Source: a virus (Duplodnaviria; Caudoviricetes). From it: 38,658 nt of DNA. The notes below the pieces were generated by a model. That model was given only the letters and a program-made list of their open reading frames with translations. It made no database searches and had not been told where the DNA came from. Shown in pieces: positions 15,665 through 24,505 of this stretch. Position 1 is the stretch's first letter, and every line of letters starts with the position of its first letter. The stretch lies in IMG/VR virus record IMGVR_UViG_3300025276_000075, positions 1-38,658 of that record; one strand, written 5' to 3'. Position numbers and translations under genes: made by a program.

Positions 15665-16527
15665 GACCCGTCACAATCAATCTGGTATACGAAGCATTCG
15701 TAACCCACGCTTGTCGGACCCACTTTATAAAACTCTGAGTCTCCACCCGCAGATAAAACTTCCGCGCTAGAGACGTAATGGTCCAAGCCAAACTGACCCG
15801 TCCCATTGAGATAAACGCGGGACTGCTCAAGCATTCTCGTATTCGTCTGCCAAGTCAGAGTGACCGACTGACTTCCAGAACTATAAGCTAAGTTACTTTC
15901 TTCGACTCGCAGGTTTCTACTTGCAGCCTGATTCTCCAGAAAAGATACCGCTTCCGGACTTGCCGCAACACCAAGAAACGCACCCGCATTGTTGGCATGC
16001 GTTTCAATGTCGTCGAGGCTTTGGTTGTACGTCTCCGCATCTTGTTGATCGATAGTTAAAGTCGCGACATTATCAGAAACGAATTGCTGGACTTCAGCCT
16101 CGTCGTTTGGGGTTGCAGCCGCCGCAGATATTTCAGCTACTTTCTGTACAGCAAGCATCTCCACAACAACATCCGTGAATACATCTAGGGCTTCGTCCAT
16201 CAAACCAAGCTCGACTACCGCCTTCTTCTCAAGATACGACTTTGCGCTGCCATACGGGAGATAGCTTTGCATGCCAGCCAACGCCGAATTATATGCCTGC
16301 ACTTGAGATGAGCTTATATGAGCGGTGCCTGCCATAGATCCGTTAGAGATACCTGTACCATCACGGGCGAAGCCTTGAACCCCTCCAGAAATCATGATTC
16401 CTTTATCAATTTGATTGACGATAGCTGATGACGACGCTATCAACTGATCTAATTCACTGCCGCTTGCTCCGGAATTTATCACTAACAAGCTCAGCAGGGT
16501 CGCTGCCCTCAATTTCCTCTGCTTCAT
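15661..16527 (-). CDS. Exported hypothetical protein
   Basis: Basic then hydrophobic signal-peptide-like N-terminus; AGGAG SD; C-terminal Cys pair. Confidence 0.8.
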   Translation of the reverse strand: MKQRKLRAATLLSLLVINSGASGSELDQLIASSSAIVNQIDKGIMISGGVQGFARDGTGISNGSMAGTAHISSSQVQAYNSALAGMQSYLPYGSAKSYLEKKAVVELGLMDEALDVFTDVVVEMLAVQKVAEISAAAATPNDEAEVQQFVSDNVATLTIDQQDAETYNQSLDDIETHANNAGAFLGVAASPEAVSFLENQAASRNLRVEESNLAYSSGSQSVTLTWQTNTRMLEQSRVYLNGTGQFGLDHYVSSAEVLSAGGDSEFYKVGPTSVGYECFVYQIDCDGS

Positions 16528-17164
16528 TTTCTGCTCCTATTCCTAAAATCTGGTTGTACCACTCTTGCACTGGTGTATATGCAGGGAGCTGAGGTTTCTT
16601 TGTAAATGCTGGGCGCTTGCTCATCCGAACCTGACCGTAGTCTGGAATGTACAGCGATGGCTGCATCTTCATTAACAAAAATGCTCTGCGACCCACCACC
16701 AACCTGCCGCCTTTTACAACCGGACAGGGCGTACCTGAAACAAACATGGCTTTAAATACGTCAGAGTCGTCGCACATAACGGCGATAGCCGCGACCTTCA
16801 TTCCCAAATCACTAAGCAGCTTCGCATTTCTTCGGCGGTTACAATAATCGTCTGTCTTATACTTACCCGCTGAGTAGCCGATAACCCCCGTTTGAATACT
16901 GCTACCAATGCCCTGCAAGCATGTCTCGCTGCCGTTGGACATATAGCTAGGGGCGATGGCTGACCCAACCGGCAAGGATGAACTGGACCCTGCGCCGTTA
17001 TATGTATTGCTCTCCGATTTCTCATTGCTGTTGTTATTACTGCTCACAGTTGAGCCAACAGTGTTTGTGTTCAGAGAACCGTCTTGATTGTTGACGCTGT
17101 CCGCAGACCCCGCACCAATGGAGATTGATGTAAGGAGCAGCGCTATCGCACCTAAAACTCTCAC
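16454..17164 (-). CDS. Exported Cys-containing conserved phage protein
   Basis: Signal peptide; Ser/Asn-rich segment; SAIAPS...C, CNRRR, LGMKVAAIAVMC, GTPCP motifs. Confidence 0.8.
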   Translation of the reverse strand: MRVLGAIALLLTSISIGAGSADSVNNQDGSLNTNTVGSTVSSNNNSNEKSESNTYNGAGSSSSLPVGSAIAPSYMSNGSETCLQGIGSSIQTGVIGYSAGKYKTDDYCNRRRNAKLLSDLGMKVAAIAVMCDDSDVFKAMFVSGTPCPVVKGGRLVVGRRAFLLMKMQPSLYIPDYGQVRMSKRPAFTKKPQLPAYTPVQEWYNQILGIGAENEAEEIEGSDPAELVSDKFRSKRQ

Positions 17165-17165
17165 A

Positions 17166-20100
17166 TTAGTTCTCTTCGTTTAGCAACCGCTGTATTAAAG
17201 TCCATCTGTCTACGAACTGTTTGCTCTTCTGTTCGCCAAACAATACGTCTGACTTCACTATAGAGTTCTTGAGCGTACTGTCCGACATCGTCCAAGCTGA
17301 AGCTCCTCCGCCTACCAGCGCTCTGGCATCTTTCTTAGTAACACCATTAGACCGAAGGACTTGCATTGCCTGAGTTTTGCTGAGACCCGAGTTCATTGCA
17401 GCGTTAACTAGATTCGCCATATCTTCAAAGGTCTCGCGTCTCGCTGTAGATGCTCTACCGAATGCTTCTCGTATATCGCTATCCGATACCTCGTTAGGGT
17501 CTCTGAACACAGAGGTCAGCAGGCTAGTTGACTGACGTTTACCTTCTGAGAACTCATAAGCCTTAAAGTGCAGTGCAGTCTTGGGGTCGAAGGTAGTCTT
17601 ACGGAAACCTACAAACGCTGCCATCTCATCGCCAACATCGTAAGCCTTGCCGCCCTTAGATATCTCCCCGCCCATCGCTTTAGACATGCGGCGACCGTTC
17701 TGTATAAGACTTGGTCCCATACCTCTCTCGAAGTGCATGTAGGTAGCGACAGCTTTATTAGTGAAGGTGTCAGCCTCGTTATAGACCTGACCGCCTGACG
17801 TTTTCTCGTTTGATATAAACTCTAAGATGGTGTTGGTCGATATATCCCAGCCTAAGAATGGCTTAAGTATTTCAACACTGGCGTCGAGAATCGCATCAGC
17901 CGCTGGCTGATCACGTAGCAGGGCGTTCAGTGGGCGCTTCATCAGTGCATACGGGTCAAGGTGAGTAAGGTCTAAGTACTCTAAGCGACCTTGATCATCT
18001 CTACCTGTTACCAGTATGTTTGAGTTCTTAGCCCAAGGAGCTGCCATCAACTTGATAGCCTCTTCCTCTTCTTCCGAAACATCAAACGCTGACATAGCCA
18101 TTGCTTGAGCTGCATACACGCCCGCACTAACCATACCTATGCCTGCCATGCGCTTAAGAGCAACAGGTCTCATGTCTGGATCGGCTAGGTCTTCACGCAA
18201 GTACTTGATCATGTTCGCTTGTGTACGAACAATTTCTGCGGGAAAAGAAACAAACGTGCCAGCAAGAGGAAAGCGTCTTAGCTTTTGAGGCAGGTCACCA
18301 ATCAGTGAGTAAGTTGGGTAGGTGTCACGAATACGCTTAGCTGATTTGATCTCAGCATCTTCGCGTGACATGCCCTTGTTATCCATGAAGTTGATGACCT
18401 CATTCTCGAAGCCAACAATCTTCCAGAAGTCATCACCATACTGATAGAAGCGAGTAGCGTTATCAAAGAATGACTTGATCATTCCTGTGCCTGATACCCA
18501 CTGCTCTGCGTTAGTGTCCTTTAACAGATCTATCATCTCGCCAGCGTACGGGTTGTCGTGTACTACACCTAGCTTTTTCAGGCGCTTTAGGTACTCAACG
18601 CCGTCACCTTGACCTGTTCTGTAGCTACTGGTTACATCAATCGACTTGCCTATTTTAGACCAGTTAAAGTGCCCATTTGCCACAGTAAACAGAGATGCAG
18701 ACATCCAGTTACGAGCCATAGTAGTAGGCGCGATTACAGTCTTACCGTACTTGACCATACCGTTGATCTGGATAACCGTCTTATACAAGCCTCCTAACTG
18801 CTCCTTATCTAGGGCGTCTCTGAATGCTTGCTCTATCTCGGGGAATGTATATAAGCCGTTGAGGGGGGACATGGTTTTTGACCCGACTTCCGCAATTTTT
18901 TTCGTTGCGCCTACCGGAGCATCCGCCTGATCAAACAGGAATACACCCTTGCCGTCCTTGAGTACTTGGTTAAGGAACCTGTCGTTGTAGACAAGGCGAG
19001 ACATCTTGGTGGCAGACTTAGCGAAGTTGATTCGCGCATCCTTGTACTCACCTAAAAGCGCTCGTATCTCTGGGGCTATATCTTTTCTTTTCTTCAGGAT
19101 AGATAGGTCTTTTGCCCCTAGCTTAGACTCGGCAATAAACGACGACATATCATCGAAGGCAGTACCTTCTTTGAGGATGGTGTTGATTACCTGATCTGGG
19201 TTAGTAGTACCCTGCTCAACAAGGAAGTTTCTAGCCGCCAAAACGATTTCTTCGGGGACTTCTTTGTTCCAGTTCTTATCGTCAAAAGCTCTGTGGCTTC
19301 TGTTGGCATACTTGCCCATGTTGTTGACAACAATGCTTAACAGCTCGCTCTTGGCTAGCGCTTCATCGTTACCCTCAGACTTCAGCTTTTCTATATCTGA
19401 GTTAAGTATCTCAGCATAGTCAGCTGACATCTTGTCGATGTAGTTACGCATTGCTCCCAGAGCTTCCTTGATATCATTAGGTAGATTAGAAGCCATAACT
19501 TCTGCCGCTGGGACTTGCATTGCTTTGTCCAGCACAGCAGCCTGTGATGCGTCTATCTCACCGAAGTTGTTCTGAACCGCTTCATCAAACAATCCAACCA
19601 TCTGTCGGATGTCCATCTCTACAGCACCGAACTCGCCATCACGCTCGATCTTTGAGTCAAACGCTGTCTCAGGCAATAGACCTCTGGAGTAGAAGTTCTT
19701 CTGGAACCACTTCTTAAAACCTGAAGCTGCAAACCCTGCTGCTGCCTTAACATCTTTATCTTTGACTGCGTCGATTACTTGACTGCCGTCTGATCCAGCA
19801 CGAACCGATGCAATCAAGTCTTCTTCCGACATGATCTCTGCGGCTGTACTTGTGGGGGCAGTTACAAAGTCCTCTTCTGGAGGTCTTCGTGGAGGTGAGT
19901 TTAGCTGATCTGCAGAAACTCCGGCAGCATCGATTCCAGCTCTGCTTCCAGCGGCTTCTTGTGGTCTAGCGTCCTGTCTGGGTACGCTACCATCAGATAG
20001 TTTTCTCTGGTAACTGGTTCCTGATACTTCGTCAGGTACTGTAAAATCGGATCGCTCCCAATCAGGTCTTTGTATTCCTCCGGAATGCTCATTTATTCTA

Positions 20101-23100
20101 GTCCTTGCCTCTTCGAGGCTTAATTTACCCTTACTATACTGGTTCCAAACGCCCTCAACAAACAAGACATTCTGATCTTGGGCTTTGTATGTAGAGGTGA
20201 ATAACCCTCTAACCGCTTCCCAAGTAATAGACTGCATCTCTCTGGCAAGCACGCCTCTGTCGGCTGCTGCCTGACGATACGCTTCTTCAAATATAGAATA
20301 TGTGCCACTGTGTCCAGTGATGCTCGAACTTGAGGCGCCTTTACCAGTGCCGAAGTTATGGCTAACCTCAAGCGAATCCCCAGCTAGAGGTTTTAATAGC
20401 CCAGCCGCGACCGCGTGAGTGTCAATGGTCACAAAGCCGTCAGTGGAATCAGGGTCAAATATATTGTTGTAGAAGTTCCTGACCTTGTTTTTTGATCCCA
20501 GCGACCGCGAGACGTTATCTTGAGACGGGTCTAGCAGGACAGAAACAGCCTTGCCTATCTCGTTAAGGGAACCCCAAGCAACTTTTGACTGAGTCTTCCC
20601 GTCAGCATTGACCGCGTAGTCAAGGAATTTTCCGTCGGGAGAAACCAATCGATAAGACGGGTCGTTATAAGTCTGGTCCCAAGTCCTTATCCACATGCCC
20701 AAAACAGCTGCGGAAGCATCATCATTGATAAGCTCCTGCAAAGATCTATCACCGATAACGTCCAGCATTTTTCGGTTACTAACCCGACCCTTTCTGCTCA
20801 CTTCTTTGTGAAAATATATTTCTTCAGCCCTAGCCTTCATCTGACCGTCAAAAGATGACGATTGTTCGCTATGGAATATGTCCATTACACGCTCCGCTAG
20901 GCTCGCGTTCTGATACCAGTCCTTTTGTGGCGAAAGGTTAGCGGCTGCAGCGCTTGCTTGAGCCAATGAAATCCCATGCTTGTCAGCCATTCTCTGAACT
21001 ATTTTGTTTGCGCCCTTGTACCACTGCTTTGATGTAGCTCTCGTAACTTCGGGTACAGCGTCATAAATGCTAAGAAGGTTTTCTTTAACGTGACCAATAA
21101 GCATGCTAGCAGCGCTCTTATCCGAGAGCCTCTGCTGCTTTTTAGTAAGGTTGTTGTACTTCTTGACGAGAAGCATGTTCTTTGAAAACATGACTTCGTT
21201 ATCGACAAAGCTATCGTAGTCGTTGACTAAAACATTTGCGATTGGGTCTTCTGTGGATCGCTTCGCTGTAGGGAACCTAGTGCTTACCGGAGCAAAAAGA
21301 ACATCATCGTCAAAGCTCTCCAGATCATCCGTTGGGTCGAAGTTGTCGCCGCCGGTTTGATCATCAATCCTGTTGCCTTGATTCTCTGCTAGTTGTACAG
21401 CTCGTCCATCCCCGTCCCCAGCTTCACGTTGGGTCGGTTCTCCCAGTCCTTGACTGGCTTGTTCCGCATCAAGGCTACTTCCGCCATCTCCTCCAGATCC
21501 TTCTTGCTCCTGAACTTCAGTGCTTCCGCGCTGGGTAGGTGACCGAACGTCTCCCTGTACTTCTTGAGGTTGCCCGTTAGCTTCATTGGTCCGAATGTCA
21601 GCTTCGCCATTTTGAATAGTCTCCGTTGGTTTTGTTCTAAGCAGCTTCTTTATATGCTTATACGTTCTTGGTGCTTGTTCCTGAAGTAACTCAGGGCTAG
21701 TGTGAAAGATGGCAAACGCTTGGGCGAATGCTTCTTTCTTGATGCGATCTACTTGACCCGCTATATTCTGGGGTTCTGAATTAGCTATCCATTCAAATGC
21801 TGGTCCGAATGGGTATGCTAACTCTTGACCTAACTCTGTGCCACTTAAATAGTTTTGACCCAGCTCATAAATAACTGGTCCCATCTCGTAAGTAGCTGAA
21901 TTCATGCCCAGCCCATCTATCTCTAAAGAAAAGTTTGGCGAGTTGTTTGTGTGACCAGTGCCTACATCAAAAGCATGACCGATTTCATGAGCAAGATTAA
22001 ATCTAAGTTCGATAGCAGAATCGCTGCTATTGTCTTTGTCGGCTATAAGTTCCTTAACTCTCGCGCTATTTAACGTTATCGCTTTAGAGCTTTTCAGGTA
22101 CGACCCATCTACCTGCCTGTCCATCTGGCTATCGGTGTGCGAATAAAAGCCGCTTACATAATTCATTACACGCTTCGGGAGACCTGCACCTAGCAGATCA
22201 ACTAGAGCGTGTTTAATCTCATCAGCCTGAACACCCTCGGCTACAGTAATCGTATTACCGTTCTGCATGACAACTTCAGGAGACGCAAACAAACTGTCTA
22301 TGCGACTCTGATCAATAGGTGACCTGTTAGCGCCCTGAGAATCATTGACGTCAGAGATAGCTTGAGCCAATGGCTTCATGTTAGGGCGCGTTACATTCTC
22401 TGTATAAGGAACCGCAGGCAAGTTGTTCATAGAGCCTAAAGGAATGGTTAGGCTCTTAGTAGCAATCTCCTGAATGCCCTCTACTGCAGACTCTGGGTTA
22501 GGCATTGACTGAGCGATCTCTATAGCTTGAGATGCCGGAACACTGTCTGGGATATTGTCTTCATCAGACTGCTGTATTACCTGTTTCTGGATATTGGCAG
22601 GAAGGTCATCCAGTTCTACTATAAGCTGGTTGAAGTCAGGGGCAGGGTTCTTTTGGTTATTGATCCTAGCTACTACTTCTGGAGTCCTGATAGTTTTCTT
22701 TGCGCCGTTCTCATCCCTTACAGCTAGCGACAAAGGATTATAGTCAGCGTCTCGAATGATTCGGGTGAGGGTGTATTTTTTACCGCGCAATTCAAATTTA
22801 TTGTTGTCATCAATCTGAACGTCTTGCTCGAAGACTAGATCACCACCAGTAGGCACTACACCTAACTGTTCTGGTGATTGATACTCACCACTCTCAATGA
22901 GAACGTCGCCGTTATCTTGGGTGGCTACATAGAAGCCGTCGTCTTTCTTAAGTACTGGTCCTTTGTTGCCATTGTAGTCAACGTCCTGACCTACAAGCTC
23001 TTCCATTCTTGGGGTGATAGACTCTGGCAGATTGCCACCAAACACTGGAGGCTCTTCAACTACAGGCTCTGGCTCTTTGTCTTTAGGTATTCTTGTTGTC

Positions 23101-24482
23101 TCACCTAAATTGCCCAGCTCCATCTGGAAGATTTCTTTAACCTTCTCTCGAACGGCAGGAAGCCCATCGACTTGCGCCCTTGCTTTGACTCTAGCTTCGG
23201 CTTGCGCCGCCTCTGGGTCAGACGCTTCTCTGCGCTCTGGAAAATCGTCAACTTCATCTCTAACTTGCTCGGGAGACTTGGGGGCAATAGTTGTTCTTGC
23301 AGTTGGGAGACCTAGCGCCTTAGCTCTTGCGGCTTGAACTTTTTCTCCACCCCTGTCAGTATTTTCATACTGCGGCTGATCTTCGACAGTCTCATTTTGA
23401 TCTTGAGCCTGCTCTTCGTCTTGAGCGACCTCTGGAGAGCTTTCTGCAGGCTTGCCGTTTAAAGCATTCTCATCTAGGTTTTGCTTTAACTCTGGGTCTT
23501 TAGTGACAGCACCAGTAACGCCGCCAATAGCTCCACCACCAATGGCACCAGCTACAAACGCATTAAGGTATTGAGATCGGTTCTCTTCGTCGAATAGACG
23601 ATCAATGAAAGCTTCTTCTATGCGAGGGTCACTCTGACCTCTGACCAACTCCAAGGTAAAATTCTGTATAATCTCCTGCGACATCTCGGTAACGCCTTCG
23701 ATACCGGACACCTCGGCTGCTTGTCTAAATGCGCGACCAATGACTGATTGTTTTTTGCTTATGTTTTCAGCTATCTCTTGGGTAGCTTTACCATACAGGT
23801 TTTGCGGAAGGACACGCTTTAAGACTTTCATGGGCGCCCAAGCGTCGAACACGCCAGAAACTAGACCCGTAGCAAGCGCTGCAACGGCAGCTTCTTCACC
23901 AGTCTCATCAAAGATTCTAGTAAAGGATTCACCCGCGCCCATCGCTGTACCGAATGCGGTTGCGCCTATCATCTGACCTTTTAGCCCAGTCTTGCCTAAA
24001 GCCTCTCGACCTACAGCTGATTGTGCGTACTGCCTTGACGCTGCACCCTTCGCCATTCCTTCAGCGTTCTTTTTGATCAGAGCTTTTGCGCCTTGATGGA
24101 TAGCTACCTTCTTCGCAACAGCACCGCCAATAGCACCAACACCACCGCCACCAATAAGGCTAGGTATAATGTTGCCTACGATAAATGCGGAATAATTGGC
24201 AAGGTCTCCGATACCGTCAATGTCTTCTAGCCTTCCGACATCAGCAGCGTTCTCGTTGGCTTCATCCATCTGCTCGTTGAAGTAATCCATCCCGTCTTCA
24301 AACCACGAGTCTATGCCCAGCGCTGAACCGGCTAGTGCCTTTGCTCCACCACCAAGTGCCTGCAACTGATCTACTCCAGAGCCGAAGCCTTTGGAGAACT
24401 CATTTAATATGCCGGAATCTTCATCGGCGTAATCAAATTCTTCATCGCTCTCAAACGAGCCGCTATTGACAAATAAAGCCAT
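17166..24482 (-). CDS. Giant polyvalent internal virion / DNA-ejection protein (2438 aa) with zincin peptidase and HhH-glycosylase-like domains
   Basis: Last of the internal-protein cluster; Gly/Ala hydrophobic N-region; LAHEIGHAFD...KEAFAQAF (HExxH plus distal E, ~21975-21989); WY...LSPQKDWYQN...KVRNFYNNI...VTIDTHAV...YRQAA...MQSITW (~20110-21280). Confidence 0.85.
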   Translation of the reverse strand: MALFVNSGSFESDEEFDYADEDSGILNEFSKGFGSGVDQLQALGGGAKALAGSALGIDSWFEDGMDYFNEQMDEANENAADVGRLEDIDGIGDLANYSAFIVGNIIPSLIGGGGVGAIGGAVAKKVAIHQGAKALIKKNAEGMAKGAASRQYAQSAVGREALGKTGLKGQMIGATAFGTAMGAGESFTRIFDETGEEAAVAALATGLVSGVFDAWAPMKVLKRVLPQNLYGKATQEIAENISKKQSVIGRAFRQAAEVSGIEGVTEMSQEIIQNFTLELVRGQSDPRIEEAFIDRLFDEENRSQYLNAFVAGAIGGGAIGGVTGAVTKDPELKQNLDENALNGKPAESSPEVAQDEEQAQDQNETVEDQPQYENTDRGGEKVQAARAKALGLPTARTTIAPKSPEQVRDEVDDFPERREASDPEAAQAEARVKARAQVDGLPAVREKVKEIFQMELGNLGETTRIPKDKEPEPVVEEPPVFGGNLPESITPRMEELVGQDVDYNGNKGPVLKKDDGFYVATQDNGDVLIESGEYQSPEQLGVVPTGGDLVFEQDVQIDDNNKFELRGKKYTLTRIIRDADYNPLSLAVRDENGAKKTIRTPEVVARINNQKNPAPDFNQLIVELDDLPANIQKQVIQQSDEDNIPDSVPASQAIEIAQSMPNPESAVEGIQEIATKSLTIPLGSMNNLPAVPYTENVTRPNMKPLAQAISDVNDSQGANRSPIDQSRIDSLFASPEVVMQNGNTITVAEGVQADEIKHALVDLLGAGLPKRVMNYVSGFYSHTDSQMDRQVDGSYLKSSKAITLNSARVKELIADKDNSSDSAIELRFNLAHEIGHAFDVGTGHTNNSPNFSLEIDGLGMNSATYEMGPVIYELGQNYLSGTELGQELAYPFGPAFEWIANSEPQNIAGQVDRIKKEAFAQAFAIFHTSPELLQEQAPRTYKHIKKLLRTKPTETIQNGEADIRTNEANGQPQEVQGDVRSPTQRGSTEVQEQEGSGGDGGSSLDAEQASQGLGEPTQREAGDGDGRAVQLAENQGNRIDDQTGGDNFDPTDDLESFDDDVLFAPVSTRFPTAKRSTEDPIANVLVNDYDSFVDNEVMFSKNMLLVKKYNNLTKKQQRLSDKSAASMLIGHVKENLLSIYDAVPEVTRATSKQWYKGANKIVQRMADKHGISLAQASAAAANLSPQKDWYQNASLAERVMDIFHSEQSSSFDGQMKARAEEIYFHKEVSRKGRVSNRKMLDVIGDRSLQELINDDASAAVLGMWIRTWDQTYNDPSYRLVSPDGKFLDYAVNADGKTQSKVAWGSLNEIGKAVSVLLDPSQDNVSRSLGSKNKVRNFYNNIFDPDSTDGFVTIDTHAVAAGLLKPLAGDSLEVSHNFGTGKGASSSSITGHSGTYSIFEEAYRQAAADRGVLAREMQSITWEAVRGLFTSTYKAQDQNVLFVEGVWNQYSKGKLSLEEARTRINEHSGGIQRPDWERSDFTVPDEVSGTSYQRKLSDGSVPRQDARPQEAAGSRAGIDAAGVSADQLNSPPRRPPEEDFVTAPTSTAAEIMSEEDLIASVRAGSDGSQVIDAVKDKDVKAAAGFAASGFKKWFQKNFYSRGLLPETAFDSKIERDGEFGAVEMDIRQMVGLFDEAVQNNFGEIDASQAAVLDKAMQVPAAEVMASNLPNDIKEALGAMRNYIDKMSADYAEILNSDIEKLKSEGNDEALAKSELLSIVVNNMGKYANRSHRAFDDKNWNKEVPEEIVLAARNFLVEQGTTNPDQVINTILKEGTAFDDMSSFIAESKLGAKDLSILKKRKDIAPEIRALLGEYKDARINFAKSATKMSRLVYNDRFLNQVLKDGKGVFLFDQADAPVGATKKIAEVGSKTMSPLNGLYTFPEIEQAFRDALDKEQLGGLYKTVIQINGMVKYGKTVIAPTTMARNWMSASLFTVANGHFNWSKIGKSIDVTSSYRTGQGDGVEYLKRLKKLGVVHDNPYAGEMIDLLKDTNAEQWVSGTGMIKSFFDNATRFYQYGDDFWKIVGFENEVINFMDNKGMSREDAEIKSAKRIRDTYPTYSLIGDLPQKLRRFPLAGTFVSFPAEIVRTQANMIKYLREDLADPDMRPVALKRMAGIGMVSAGVYAAQAMAMSAFDVSEEEEEAIKLMAAPWAKNSNILVTGRDDQGRLEYLDLTHLDPYALMKRPLNALLRDQPAADAILDASVEILKPFLGWDISTNTILEFISNEKTSGGQVYNEADTFTNKAVATYMHFERGMGPSLIQNGRRMSKAMGGEISKGGKAYDVGDEMAAFVGFRKTTFDPKTALHFKAYEFSEGKRQSTSLLTSVFRDPNEVSDSDIREAFGRASTARRETFEDMANLVNAAMNSGLSKTQAMQVLRSNGVTKKDARALVGGGASAWTMSDSTLKNSIVKSDVLFGEQKSKQFVDRWTLIQRLLNEEN
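19901..20092 (-). CDS. Nested overprinted small protein B (63 aa), candidate immunity/inhibitor of the glycosylase-like domain
   Basis: +1 frame within the giant gene; AAGGA 9 nt before ATG; globular-looking sequence (DPILQYL...PVTRENYLMVAYP...AELESMLPEFLQ) while the main frame is disordered linker. Confidence 0.6.
   Translation of the reverse strand: MSIPEEYKDLIGSDPILQYLTKYQEPVTRENYLMVAYPDRTLDHKKPLEAELESMLPEFLQIS
21389..21610 (-). CDS. Nested overprinted small protein A (73 aa), candidate immunity/inhibitor of the zincin domain
   Basis: +1 frame within the giant gene; GGAG 10 nt before ATG; helical-looking sequence (LKKYRETFGHLP...DLEEMAEVALMRNKPVKDW) while the main frame is Gly/Gln/Glu-rich linker. 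Confidence 0.6.
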   Translation of the reverse strand: MAKLTFGPMKLTGNLKKYRETFGHLPSAEALKFRSKKDLEEMAEVALMRNKPVKDWENRPNVKLGTGMDELYN

Positions 24483-24505
24483 ACATCAAAATCTCGGTAG
24501 TGTTC

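Noticed and set aside
20120-23287. Other same-strand alternative-frame ORFs in the giant gene (20120-20371, 20999-21208, 23105-23287)
   Set aside because: Two overlap the motif-rich glycosylase-like domain; all show Arg/Ser/Leu-rich off-frame composition and I saw no convincing SD-ATG, unlike the two accepted nested ORFs
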